The notes beneath the pieces were generated by a model that saw only the letters and a program-made list of their open reading frames with translations, did not search any database and had not been told where the DNA came from. A DNA stretch of 63,556 nt, counting the filler, from Octopus bimaculoides (lineage: Eukaryota): the NCBI RefSeq assembly GCF_001194135.2. It is 8 parts of 8 records of this genome, joined end to end, with 100 filler letters (N's around TTAATTAATTAA, not from the genome) between each part and the next. Parts side by side here need not be neighbours in the genome. Positions count along the whole stretch, not along the records: positions 24,923 to 42,817 come from NW_026429143.1; 7 more parts are not named here. One strand, written 5' to 3'. Made by a program: the position numbers and the translations under genes. Positions 24,879 to 37,405 of this stretch are shown in pieces (the first letter of the stretch is position 1; every line of letters starts with the position of its first letter).

Positions 24879-25451
24879 NNNNNNNNNNNNNNNNNNNNNN
24901 NNNNNNNNNNNNNNNNNNNNNNTATATATACATACATACATACATACATATAGACTAGAAACGTAAAAGACTATCATTTTCCCGAGCGTCAAATTAATAC
25001 ACCTGCTTGTTGTTCATACACCTGTCTTCGTCTTTTGTTTTTCTATAAATTTCAGCTACACACACGCACACACACAAAATCAAGACCGAAGAATTCACGT
25101 AATCCGAGATAATAATCCACTCGTATAAGTTAATCCCCAAATTAAGATACTCTGGAATATTGGTCGGATAGACGTGAAAGATCTGCGTGAACATGCGATA
25201 AGTAAAGTAAATGAAATACAAAAAAACAAATAAGTAAAAGTGCACGGGACGTGCATAGTTGATATTAGATTGAATCTCAAAGAAGGAATAAACGTTATAG
25301 AAAAAAAATATAACGTTTTGAACACCCTGAAACGTTATACATTCCTCCACTGAGCGTCAAGTTAATATTATCTGTCAACGTCTCTTGGACTTTTAGTGTT
25401 TATCTTTTTGTATTTGGTTTACTCGATCTATCTATCTATCTATCTATCTAT

Positions 25452-25523
<72 letters not shown>

Positions 25524-25629
25524 CAGTATCTCCGAGTGTCTCGGAATGCGTGCGTACGTACATAAACGTATATTTCCAGTAATACATCTAATTAGCTTTT
25601 TGATATTCACTTTTTCATATACATCTGTA

Positions 25630-26022
25630 CTCTTTTACTTGTTTCAGTCATTTGACTGCGGCCAGGCTGGAGCACCGCCTTTAGTCGAGCAAATCGACCC
25701 CAGGACTTATTCTTTGTAAGCCTGGTACTTATTCTATCGGTCTGTTTTGCCGAACTGCTAAGTTACGGGGACGTAAACACACCAGCATCGGTTGTCAAGC
25801 GATGTTGGGGGGACAAACACAGACGCACAAACACACACATATATATACATATACATATATACGACGGGCTTCTTTCAGTTTCCGTCTACCAAATCCACTC
25901 ACAACGCTTTGGTCGGCCCGAGGCTATAGTAGAAGACACTTTCCCAAGGTACTACGCAGTGGGACTGAACCCGGAACCATTTGGTTGGTAAGCAAGCTAC
26001 TTACCACACAGCCACTCCTGCG
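25630..26022 (-). mobile_element. tRNA-derived SINE family A, near-complete copy. Others at 17955-18300(+), 28620-28972(-), 29230-29410(+), 29860-30270(+), 32700-32890(-), 34610-34790(-), 40480-41110(-, two), 41660-41990(+), 42920-43130(+), 43440-43705(-), 53070-53170(+), 54558-54600(-)
   Basis: A box tggctgtgtggt and B box ggttcagtccc, central microsatellite, conserved tail ..cggtgctccagcatggccgcagtcaaatgactgaaacaagtaaaagag. Confidence 0.9.
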
Positions 26023-26081
26023 CCTTCCCTATACACACACAAATGTAATTATTACCCAAATAAATTGTACTTCATATTCGA

Positions 26082-26136
26082 AGCTCCGATGAAGCTATGA
26101 GTGCACTGCATCTTATAGCAGAAACAGCTGCAAGCT
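26082..26136 (+). ncRNA. Degenerate hammerhead-like motif
   Basis: agct-CCGATGA-a-GCTAT...ATAGC-a-GAAAC-agct-GCA-agct. Same layout as the other two, but core substitutions (CCG, GCA triplet) suggest inactivation. Confidence 0.45.
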
Positions 26137-27059
26137 AATGAAGTCTTAAGAAATAATGATTTATTCTTTTGTCATCACATTTTCTTTTTTACCGCTCTAT
26201 ATTCGTCTAACACTTCGTTCTGAAACATACGTATATTGAGTTCTACACCAGGTTATTAGTCTCGCAATGCCTAAGTGATATATATACATTCAGAGAGAGA
26301 GAGAGTGAGTGAGTGAGAGAAGAGAGAGAGAGAGAGAAAGAGTGAATGAGAGAAGAGAGAGAAAGAGTGAATGAGAGAAGAGAGAGAGAGAGAAATAGAT
26401 AGATAGATAGATAGATAGATAGATGCTTAGCTTTTTGCCCTATATTTTAATAAGTAACTGCGGTAGTTAAGATATGTTGTTCTACATTTGTAAACACAGA
26501 GAAACTGTTTCATATGTAGTCATTTTTTATAATTAATTTCACTCATTCTAATCACTTTGATAATTTCCTGTGATATCATTTCCATTTAGTTTGCCAAATA
26601 TTAACACATGTTTAAAAGTTCTTCAACATTTCATGCGTACGTTTCTTTTTTGTCGTAATTCGTTTTTTACGACACCCGCTGAAAAGATATTGTAGGTTTC
26701 CTGCGTGTGTGAAGATAAAATTCCAGGCAGATAAAATGAACGGGGTGAGGAGAGAAAAGGTGCGCAAGACACACTAAAACGAAGGAAACATTACGCAAAA
26801 TACCAACGTATTTTTGCAAACATTAAGTCGATTTTACAAATAAGATGAAACGTCTTAAGTAGAGAACAAGTATGATTGATATTTCTATACTTACTACTAA
26901 GACACTCTAAAATCATTGAGAGCTAAAGAAAATAGAAAACTTTCACATTTTAAAAGGCTGTCCGGATTTGACCGGTGCATTAGTGTTAAATTTCGGCTCC
27001 CTTTTGAAATTCACAAAGGCTCATGATACCACTTGTGTAGTATTTTCATGCAGTTACAA

Positions 27060-27410
27060 GGTAAAATGAGGCAGAAATGGAAGCAAGTATCAATGTAGGC
27101 CCCTCCTGAAGACACACACTTTATCCCTCATCGTCGTTTACATTGATGAAAGCATTCCTAGAACTCCTTTTGGGGGAATTGTGAGTAGCTGCTCCGTCGC
27201 ATTGTCTTGGACTTCTTTGACGCCTTGAAATCTTGTTGTGGTCTTCCTTTGCAGACTGAGACTTAATTTCAGGTTCATAGCCATAGACCCACGATTTGTC
27301 ACCTGTTATGACCGTTTTCAAAGAGTTTTCGCCTTTCCCGATACAATCAAGGAGATCCTGTGCAGCTGAAACGCGATTTCCGTTTTGAGACCACCATACT
27401 CTACACACTT
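27060..27410 (-). mobile_element. Internally deleted mariner transposase fragment
   Basis: DLLDC..SLKTVITGDKSWVYGYEPEIKSQS (first catalytic D region) joined to a C-terminal remnant. Confidence 0.7.
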
Positions 27411-28329
27411 TACTTTCAGGCATTATGTGTGTGTGTGTGTGTGTGTGTGTNNNNNNNNNNNNNNNNNNNNNNNNNNNNNNNNNNNNNNNNNNNNNNNNNN
27501 NNNNNNNNNNNNNNNNNNNNNNNNNNNNNNNNNNNNNNNNNNNNNNNNNNNNNNNNNNNNNNNNNNNNNNNNNNNNNNNNNNNNNNNNNNNNNNNNNNNN
27601 NNNNNNNNNNNNNNNNNNNNNNNNNNNNNNNNNNNNNNNNNNNNNNNNNNNNNNNNNNNNNNNNNNNNNNNNNNNNNNNNNNNNNNNNNNNNNNNNNNNN
27701 NNNNNNNNNNNNNNNNNNNNNNNNNNNNNNNNNNNNNNNNNNNNNNNNNNNNNNNNNNNNNNNNNNNNNNNNNNNNNNNNNNNNNNNNNNNNNNNNNNNN
27801 NNNNNNNNNNNNNNNNNNNNNNNNNNNNNNNNNNNNNNNNNNNNNNNNNNNNNNNNNNNNNNNNNNNNNNNNNNNNNNNNNNNNNNNNNNNNNNNNNNNN
27901 NNNNNNNNNNNNNNNNNNNNNNNNNNNNNNNNNNNNNNNNNNNNNNNNNNNNNNNNNNNNNNNNNNNNNNNNNNNNNNNNNNNNNNNNNNNNNNNNNNNN
28001 NNNNNNNNNNNNNNNNNNNNNNNNNNNNNNNNNNNNNNNNNNNNNNNNNNNNNNNNNNNNNNNNNNNNNNNNNNNNNNNNNNNNNNNNNNNNNNNNNNNN
28101 NNNNNNNNNNNNNNNNNNNNNNNNNNNNNNNNNNNNNNNNNNNNNNNNNNNNNNNNNNNNNNNNNNNNNNNNNNNNNNNNNNNNNNNNNNNNNNNNNNNA
28201 TCACACCACACCACTATACCATACACCACCATACCACACAACATCACATCACATCAAACCACCACGCACACATCAAGGTCACCAGCTCTCTTCCACACGC
28301 ACATACATACTCTCTTATAGACATGCACG

Positions 28330-28610
28330 CGCACCTTCGTTTTGGGATCACCACTACTTTATTATCTCACCTTCTTCCTAGCTCTCCTGTGTGATCCCCC
28401 TGTCCGGCATTTGCCATGATGGATCGCTAGCCACTACACATTCTTTATTTTCTCTCCTTGTTTCTTTCTGTTTTCCTTTCTGTGGAAGAGCGTAGGCTCG
28501 AAACGTTAAAGACTTTTTCACTTCCCGAGCGTTAAATTAGTACATCTGTCTGTTGTTTACACCATCTGTCTTCGGCTTTTGTTGTTTTCTTTGAGAATTC
28601 TCCCTCTATA
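28330..28610 (+). mobile_element. Interspersed repeat family with a hammerhead-like motif; other pieces at 24955-25050(+), 34830-34944(+), 60900-61015(+), 62590-62770(-)
   Basis: Recurrent gagcgtaggctcgaaacgt[at]aaagac...cccgagcgt.aaa.taatac motif. At 28476-28511: cttt-CTGTGGA-a-GAGC gtag GCTC-GAAAC-GTT-aaag. Confidence 0.6.
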
Positions 28611-29101
28611 TAAAGTACCGTCTTGAAATGTTTTTGCCGAACAAGGACTTATTTTAAAATCTAGTACTAATTTTATCGGTCTTTTTGCCAAATCGCTAAG
28701 TTACAGGGAGGTAAACAGACCAACAACGGTTGTCAAGCGATGATAGCGGGGACAATCACAGACATAAAGACATGCACAAAGACGCACACACAATCACACA
28801 CATATACGACGGGCTTCTCTCAGTTTCCATCTACTAAATCCACTCACAGGACTTTAGTCGGCCCGAAGTTATAGTAGAAGACACTTGCCCAAGGTGCTAT
28901 GCAGTGGAACTGAACCGAGAACCATGTGGTTGGGAAGCAAGCTTCTTAACCACACAGTCACGTCTGCGCCTATGTATGTGTGTGTGTGTGTGTGTGTGTG
29001 TTTGTGTAATTCTGTTTTAGAATGATAGATCTCAACGTAGATAAAGCTATAAATAATAGCGTGTGTGCATATATGCGTTTGTGTGTGTGTGTGTGTTTGT
29101 T

Positions 29102-29167
<66 letters not shown>

Positions 29168-29169
29168 TT

Positions 29170-29208
<39 letters not shown>

Positions 29209-30012
29209 TATTACTACTGGTCGACAACTGGAGTTGATTTGTTTTACGTTTCTGAAACTTAACGGTTCGGCAAAAGAGAGTCCCATTGAATAATTACCAG
29301 CCTTTAGAAAATAAGTACTGGGAGTCAACTTGTTCGAATAAGCTCTTCAAGACTGCTCCAGCATGGCTGCAGTCCACTGAGTGAAACAAGTAAAGGATAA
29401 AAAAAGATAAAGATGATTTAGAATAACGAATAACTACCCTGCTACAATTTATAATTTCCACTGTGCATTTCATCTCGTGTGCCACATATCAAATCTATCA
29501 AAATAATAAAACATATGAGGCTTTTGATTGGCAGCGCGTTATCAAAATAAACCTACATGTTGACAAAAGAAAAAATGTCAGCAGTGGATTGTTTAATGTT
29601 TCAGAAATCGGCGTTGCCTAAGAAATAAAATGCTGCCTGCTTTATTTTTGACACATGTCAGTTTACTTGAAAGCATATAAATAGTCATATACTTTTACAG
29701 GAAGACCTGATGCCAGCGCTTAACATTTGATGGTTGTTTGTTGGGTGAAATTGGAAGAAAGACAAATTAAGAGTTAGAAATGAAAGAGATATTAGACAGA
29801 AAAACTTGTAATTTGAAAGTAAGTTTTGAAACCTGTAGTATGCAATTGTTTTACAAGTAGGCGCAGGAATGGCTGTGTGGTAAGTAGCTTGCTTACCAAC
29901 CACATGGTTCCGGGTTCAGTCCCCTTCGGCAAGTGTCTTCTACTATAGCCTCGGGCCGACCAAAGCCTTGTGAGTGGATTTGGTAGATGGAAACTGAAAG
30001 AAGCCCGTCGTA

Positions 30013-30079
<67 letters not shown>

Positions 30080-30379
30080 CCCACCCCACCCCACCATCGC
30101 TTGACATCCGATGCTGGTGTGTTTACGTCCCTGTAACTTAACAGTTCGGCAAAAAGTGACCGATAGAATAAGTTCTAGGCTTACAAAAATAAGTCCTGGG
30201 GTCGATTTGCTCGACTAAAGGCGGTGCTCCAGCATGGCCGCAGTCAAATGACTGAAACAAATAAAAGAGTAAGCTTTATTTTTACAGCATTGTGTGCTTA
30301 TTATAATGATTATAATGTAACAAACTGAATATCTTACAGGAGGCTGGTTAAAAATTCGTTATTAGTGACAAGTAGTGTT

Positions 30380-30800
30380 ATTTTAAAAAAAGCAGCGTTC
30401 TGTATGTCTTACTTAACGTAGCCATACTGTGATACTCGTCTCGAGAAAACACCCCGTATAGACATGTTGTGCGAAACAGCACAGAAGTGTATCAGTAGCA
30501 GATGAAAACTGTCCAGCAGCGTCAGGGGAATTCCTAAATCCAGATTTCAACTTCTTTGAGCGTCATCGGTAGCAAGCATCCAAAGGCAGAATCTTATCGT
30601 CAATGATCTTTTCTAGTAAAAGTACATGATTAACATAAGTAAGACTGCATCGCAGAGACTGGTCCTTCTCTTCAGAGTCAGAAAATATTTCAGCTCCAAA
30701 GAGTACCTGACAATCAACAAGGGTCAATTGATGCCTACAGTGGAGTAGTGCTTCTCTAATTTATTGTTCTCTGGCTCTAATTTCTTACTAAAACTAATGG
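30380..30800 (-). mobile_element. Decayed hAT transposase C-terminus
   Basis: LFRTTCLY..FS....SKTYRTL resembles the hAT dimerisation motif LPF.TTYLCE.GFS..K.K.R; stops and frameshifts present. Confidence 0.35.
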
Positions 30801-31089
30801 TGAATATCTGATTAAGCGGGAGTATCTGGAAGTCATTTGGTTTTCCTTCCTAATGCGAAGCGTATTTAAACATCCGATCAGGCATATGTACAACTCACAA
30901 ATTTGTGGTTTATCTAGCTACCATTTTAATTTTGACCATGCTTTTGTGTCTGCTATCTTAACGAAAACGCTATCTAAATATGACTTGTGAAGACATTCAG
31001 TGGATTGATTATGTACGTGTTGGCAGATTTTAAAAATCATTTTGATACCTGTCTACCAGTTGGGAACGTCTGAGGAAATCTCAGAAACT

Positions 31090-31960
31090 TTTACGACCGT
31101 CCGTTCAATCAACTACTCCTTCACAATTCCAGAATGCTTCTAGGATAATACGATTCCATACTAACACTAATGAGCCTCATGCTAAATGGAATTTTTTTAG
31201 ACACCTTAAAAAATTCGATCGTCCGAAACTGTCGTGTCATAAACGACTACCAGCCTCAACACATCGCATTTCTTGCCACACACATCTAATTCTACTGACT
31301 TGCCATTCAAGACCAGCAACTTGGAGATACAGAATTTTCTGGTACAACGCTGTCATACAACTCGATACAGTTCAACCACCCGAAATGTAAGTTACGTGCT
31401 CGTTTAGAACGAGCGCGTCTGCGTGAGGCCCAACAACTTTGGTCTCGCTCATGACAATTACATCTAAGTTTAGTGACCTATGGTCGTTCAGTAAGTGACC
31501 CTGCTTCCAGACATCACTCTTTCTTCTTCTTTCTCTTTTTTTCGTCGGCGATTTCGCTGCTACATTTTCTACTTTTTTCCTTACTAACTTTACTATTCTT
31601 ATTTTTGCTGTTTCTTTTCTTCACTTTTATTTATTTTTATTTTTATCATCCCGAGTCTATCTTCTGCATACTTTCTAAAGGAGTGTTTCCATCCCCTCCA
31701 CCACCGCATCTGTTTCTACTTCGTTTTGTAATATTCATAATTTTATGTACTCTGTCAACTTCTTGTTGTTCTTGTGAACAACTGTAACGTTGAGGAATAT
31801 TGCGTTTTGTTCTTGTGTGTACTGATGGTGATTATCTTCATCAGGCAGATCCGTCACGCTCTTATGCTTCTTCTCTGTGACTTTACATCTGCTAACTTTT
31901 CAGATTTTAAGGATTTTCTTCGAAACTTGATCAAAGGATATTTTCTTATTCAACTTCGTC
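31090..31960 (+). mobile_element. Decayed Penelope-like N-terminal region
   Basis: Long stop-poor frames (KWNFFRHLKK..RISCHTHL..C; SANFSDFKDFLRNL) resembling PLE N-termini, judged by eye only. Confidence 0.35.
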
Positions 31961-32385
31961 TCTAGACGATGTATTTGAGGAAGGCAATTGCAGTAGCATG
32001 TCCATGGGAGTTACATGTATTTTTATTTATTCCTTTTTTTTAGAGGGTGTTTAATAACTCGGAGGCGTTTTAAGAGATGCAGGTGAGATTGCTTTTTGTT
32101 TTGTTTTGTCTTGTATGCTACTGTAGCTTTTGTTTTTGTAAATGTATTTGCCGTTGCTGTTGCTATTGATGATGATGATGATGACGATGATGATGATGAT
32201 GATGATGATGACTACGACAACGGTGGCAGCGGCGACTACAACGACAAGGACGATGACGAATTTTGCTTGGCCCAATATACTCATCATGGTGCGTGCGTAC
32301 GCACACAGATTGATAGAGAGAGAGAGAAAGAAAGAGAGAGAGAGAGAGAGTTAGAGAAAAAGAGAAGAGAGAGAGTTAGAGAGTT

Positions 32386-32422
<37 letters not shown>

Positions 32423-34149
32423 GATAGCTAGCAATACGAATTTACATACGCTCATATATTTGCAGACATATAAGGGGAAATAATCTCCAGAAATAAAAAT
32501 TTTCCGGAATTGAGATGCCACCAAGACAATCAGATTACCTTTTCCTTAAAGGCAATATAATTTCAGGAAATAACTGATTCTTGAAATTACCTCCCACTCC
32601 CATTTGCAGTTGGTAACTATTGACGCGCCAAGTAATTCTTTCTTTTCTGGAGGCAAAAGCAATTTCAATAATTAATAAATTTATCTTGTATGCTTTTATT
32701 CTTTTATCCTTTTACTTGTTTCATTCATTTGACTGAAGCCATGCTGGAGCACCGCCTTAAAGAGTGTTTTAGTCGAAGAAACCGACTCCAGGATTCAATA
32801 TTTACAAGCCTAGTACCTATTCTATCTCTCCTTGTTGCCGAACCGGTTGTCAAGCGATGGTAGTGGTGGGTGGGGTACAAACACAGACACAAAGACACAC
32901 ACATAAATATATATATATGTGTATATATATATATGTGTGTATATATATATATGTGTGTATNNNNNNNNNNNNNNNNNNNNNNNNNNNNNNTATATATATA
33001 TATATATATCAGTTGAATAAATTAAAACATGGTCTGGCTTTCACGTTTTTTATTATTGTATTTTAAAAAAAGAATTTTTATAATGTTGAAGTGTGTTAAA
33101 CATAAAAAATGTTTTAATGTTCATAAACCTCAATCAGCGCTTTCAAACGTTCGTATTAATCATCAGATTTCAAAATGTGTTTTACTGACAGTTGAGTTCC
33201 TGACAACTGTAGTAAAATGACTGACTTCTTCCTTTTTATACCTCTTAGAAGGCTCCAACAAGCTGAATTTTTGGACGCAAGCGAGGTTGGAAGAAAGATA
33301 AAAGGAAAACGCTTTATTAAAATGTTCAAACTTGTTCTGGACGGAAATAACAACAATAATATAACAGCCAGTTAATGATGTGGATTAAAAAATGTCTTTA
33401 ACATATGAATATAAACAAATTACAGAAGACTGCCATCAATTGAAGTAAACACGGTCGAAAGCAACTAAGTTTGCTCACTCATAAAACCATTACATGTAAA
33501 CCTCAGGCTAATTGGTTAAAATAAAGGCGGAATCTATGCCAGTAATATCGCTACATCCAGTAAACCGTGTGGTTTAAGCTGCATAACCGTATTCCATACA
33601 GTATGTGCGATTCTTTGTTTACTCATCTGCGGCACACTACGTATTTTCTTTTAATATATTTTAATTAATGTGTTATACAGTGCAGTACTGTACTGTATCT
33701 TTATTTATTAATTTATTAATTTTTAAGCGTGAAAATGATAGTTTTATCACAAATAATTAAAATCTAAACAAATATAAATACGTTTCGGTAGATATAATGA
33801 GGAGTCCGCGATATAAATTTACATATATTAGCCAGAAAGATCCGCGATGTAGTGAGGGCGCGATAAGTGAACTGTGATATGGTGAGTGATTACTGTATTT
33901 GCCTATAAGTACACGCACATAACTTTACACACATATATGTATGTGTGTGTATGTATGAATGTATACATCAATATGTATGTAAATATGTATGCATGTATAT
34001 ATATGTGTGTGTGAATGTGTGTGTGCGCGCGTGAATGTGTGTGTGTAAATATATATGTATATATATGTACGTGTGTGTGTATGTGTGTGTGTGTGTATGT
34101 GAGTGTGTGTGTATGTATCGTCGGCCTACAATGCATTAGAGTTAATCTT

Positions 34150-34540
34150 GTTATATACGTCTTTGTTGAGTTAAAATCGTTTTGGGGTGTGTGAGCTTGA
34201 GTGGGGGTGGTATTTAGGTTGTTATGGAAAGGTGCTTTGGAAAATTTTTAATTACTTAAATTTGGCGTTATGTTATTGTTTAGAATTCATTCGTGCATGA
34301 AGAACTTTGTAAACAAGCCTGTATGTGTTTCTCTTTCGTTTGATAGGCGTAAGGTGCGGCAATATTTTTGTTGTCTGGTATTAGTTGATTTAATCCTTTA
34401 CCTTTGACAAGGTAAAGACGAGTACTTAAGTTTTTACTACTTGGGTGAGTCAACTTTCTTTTTCACAAAAGAATGTAAGTAGGTAGTAAGATTTGCCTTT
34501 AATTGTTATATCTTTAATTGTTATCTAGGGTATTTCTTGT
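34150..34540 (-). mobile_element. Decayed Penelope-like N-terminal fragment
   Basis: KNLSTRL..KGKGLNQLIP resembles the PLE NLS..L....L.KGLNF.P motif. Confidence 0.3.
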
Positions 34541-34550
34541 TTTCATTTTT

Positions 34551-34599
<49 letters not shown>

Positions 34600-35770
34600 C
34601 CCTCTCTCTCTTTTACTCTTTTACTTGTTTCAGTCAGTTGACTGCGGCCATGCTGGAGCAGCACCTTTAGTCGAGCAAATTGACCCCAGGACCCATTCTT
34701 TGGAAGCCTAGTACTTATTGTATCGGTCTCTTTTGCCGAGCCACTAAGTTACAGGGACCTAAACACACCACCATCGCTTGTGACACACAAACATACACGC
34801 ACATACATACATACATACATATATATCATTCTATCTCCCACACACAGCCCCTCGTTCTTCGATCACCGTTTGTTATCTCCCCCATTTCTTAGCTCTCCCG
34901 AAAAAAGAATTTCTAACTTCCGGTCAGCCATTGTTATGATCAGCNNNNNNNNNNNNNNNNNNNNNNNNNNNNNNNNNNNNNNNNNNNNNNNNNNNNNNNN
35001 NNNNNNNNNNNNNNNNNNNNNNNNNNNNNNNNNNNNNNNNNNNNNNNNNNNNNNNNNNNNNNNNNNNNNNNNNNNNNNNNNNNNNNNNNNNNNNNNNNNN
35101 NNNNNNNNNNNNNNNNNNNNNNNNNNNNNNNNNNNNNNNNNNNNNNNNNNNNNNNNNNNNNNNNNNNNNNNNNNNNNNNNNNNNNNNNNNNNNNNNNNNN
35201 NNNNNNNNNNNNNNNNNNNNNNNNNNNNNNNNNNNNNNNNNNNNNNNNNNNNNNNNNNNNNNNNNNNNNNNNNNNNNNNNNNNNNNNNNNNNNNNNNNNN
35301 NNNNNNNNNNNNNNNNNNNNNNNNNNNNNNNNNNNNNNNNNNNNNNNNNNNNNNNNNNNNNNNNNNNNNNNNNNNNNNNNNNNNNNNNNNNNNNNNNNNN
35401 NNNNNNNNNNNNNNNNNNNNNNTATAGAGATGTATATATATAAAGGGTTGTTCAAAAGTCACCTGAGAGTAAATCAAAGCCATTTAATTCCAAGATTATA
35501 TTTATGTTTAAGAACTGGATGAATTTAGTAAAAGCATCTAAATATGAAGCATCATGAAAATTGTTCAAACTGAAGTTCTTGTGCAACACATTTTCCCATT
35601 TGAGTTAATACAGAATTACAGATAGTATTTATGGTAGTTTGATTTCTGGTCAGGTGACTTTTGGCCAACGCAGTAGCGGCCATAATATAGGAGTCAGTAA
35701 GAACAAGTGTATTGAAATAGTTATTATAGACTATTAACAACACGTTGAGACTAGATATTATACTCATATT

Positions 35771-36780
35771 TAGATATATCTAATATCTATCTTTCGTGAA
35801 ATTTTGGCGTGAATGGAATAAATATTTCGTAAGTTATGAGGAAGTAAACAAACAATCTTCCAAATTGCAGCGGCCAAAAGTTAAGGGCCACTTAGAAAAA
35901 ATGAAGTGCTATCCGAGGTATTTGTTGTTTAGAAGACTGTTAACGGGCTAACAGTTACTTCTTATGATCTTACATAAGTGGACCATTCAACTGTCAATAT
36001 GGCGGCTTGTGAGAGACGACCGGTGTCCTGTGATGAAACACAAAGGATTATGTACCTTCGTCAAGAGGGCAAGTCAAATTCTGCGATAGCAACTACTGTA
36101 TGGAAGTCTAGAAGTGTTGGGCAACGAATTGGACCCCATTTTAAGTCCATCAGGAGCCACAGATGCTAAACTCCAAACCGGTAGACCTCGTGAAACTTCA
36201 CCAAGACAGGATCTGATTATGGTAAGAATGTCACAGAATGATAGGTTTAAGATTGCTGCTGAGATATCTCACGAGTTTAGTTCCACTTCCGATGTCAACG
36301 TATCGCATAAAGCAGTTTCTCGGAGGTTACGAGGTTCTGGGTTGCTTGCTCGGGCACCGGCAAAGAAACTTCTGATCTTTATGAAGAATCAAAGAGCGCA
36401 TCTTCGTTTCGCTCACGAACATGTCATTTGGACAGAAGAACAGTGATCGCTGGTTCATTTTAGCAATGAATCGAAGTTTAATGTGATTGGTTCCGATGGC
36501 GGGTTGTACGTCTGACGAAGAAGTGGCGAAAGGTTATCTCGTGCATGTGTGAAACAGACAGTGAAATATGGAGGTCATTGATAGTAAAGAGATGTTCACA
36601 AAATACTAATTGTAAGGGGGTTTCTTTTGTTTTTGATCTATTTTTTATTGTTTTTCAAATTGACCCTTAACTTTTGGGCGTTGCAGTTTCGAAGATTATT
36701 TGTTTATTTCCTCATAAGTTACGAAATATTTATTCCATTCACTTGAAACTTTTACGAATGATAGATATTAGATATATCTA
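35771..36780 (+). mobile_element. Tc1-family transposon, internally deleted, with about 130-bp TIRs
   Basis: TIRs at about 35771-35900 and 36650-36780. Transposase 35999-36580: GRPRETSPRQD..VSRRLRGSGL.AR.PAKK.L....QRAHLRFAHEH..WT..Q*..V.FSNESKFN..GSDG..V.R..GE....C...TVKYGG, with stops and a frameshift. Confidence 0.9.
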
Positions 36781-36789
36781 GAAATGTGG

Positions 36790-37065
36790 AGCAAAAATGA
36801 GGTCATCCTCAGAGTGAATCTGCTTCCCAGACGAGTATTTTTCCGTGTTGGAGAATAGACGATGGTCGGATGGGCCAACCCAGGAAATTAAGGAAGCTGA
36901 TCACTCTGTTCAAAGCCATACTCACGCACAGCAATCAGTGAAACCGAAGACTTGCGTGTTGGAGCATTGTACTAATTAAACAAGACACCTTTCATCAGTC
37001 TTCCTGGGCGTTTCGTAACTGCCTCAGCAAATTGGTATATTACTCTCCATTAACGGTGTGGCTTT
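36790..37065 (-). mobile_element. Mariner transposase C-terminal fragment
   Basis: TVNGE*YTNLLRQLR..GVLF..NAP..KS.V....EYGFE..P..PGLA (degenerate DNA(R/P)PH and YSPDLAP motifs). Confidence 0.65.
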
Positions 37066-37405
37066 TTGAAGATTGTCAATAAAAACATCTTCAATATCGC
37101 TAAAGCAAACCTACCAATCCTTGCACAAAGTAAGGAATTGAGAAATATCATTACAGATCAAACTATAATTCTCAGTAAGAGACAACCTAAAAACTTGAAA
37201 AAGCTATTAACAAAGGCAAGGCTTGACCTCAGCAACAAAAATCAAACATTCACTGTGTCCAAATGCAATGATAGCCGATGCGGTACATGCCAATCAATTC
37301 ATACCGGCCCATATATGAACACAAAAACAAGGAAAATATTCACCAATGCGAACATGAACTGCAAAAGTAGAAATCTAATCTACTGCATAAAATGCCCAAA
37401 TTGTG
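37066..37405 (+). pseudogene. Penelope-like element (Neptune-type) RT-to-endonuclease linker with Cys motif, running into a gap
   Basis: LSKRQPKNLKKLL..KCNDSRCGTC..MNCKSRNLIYCIKCPNC. Confidence 0.8.

Noticed and set aside
25950-26022. tRNA genes (also 42290-42363)
   Set aside because: The A/B-box heads continue into SINE bodies and do not form complete cloverleaves.
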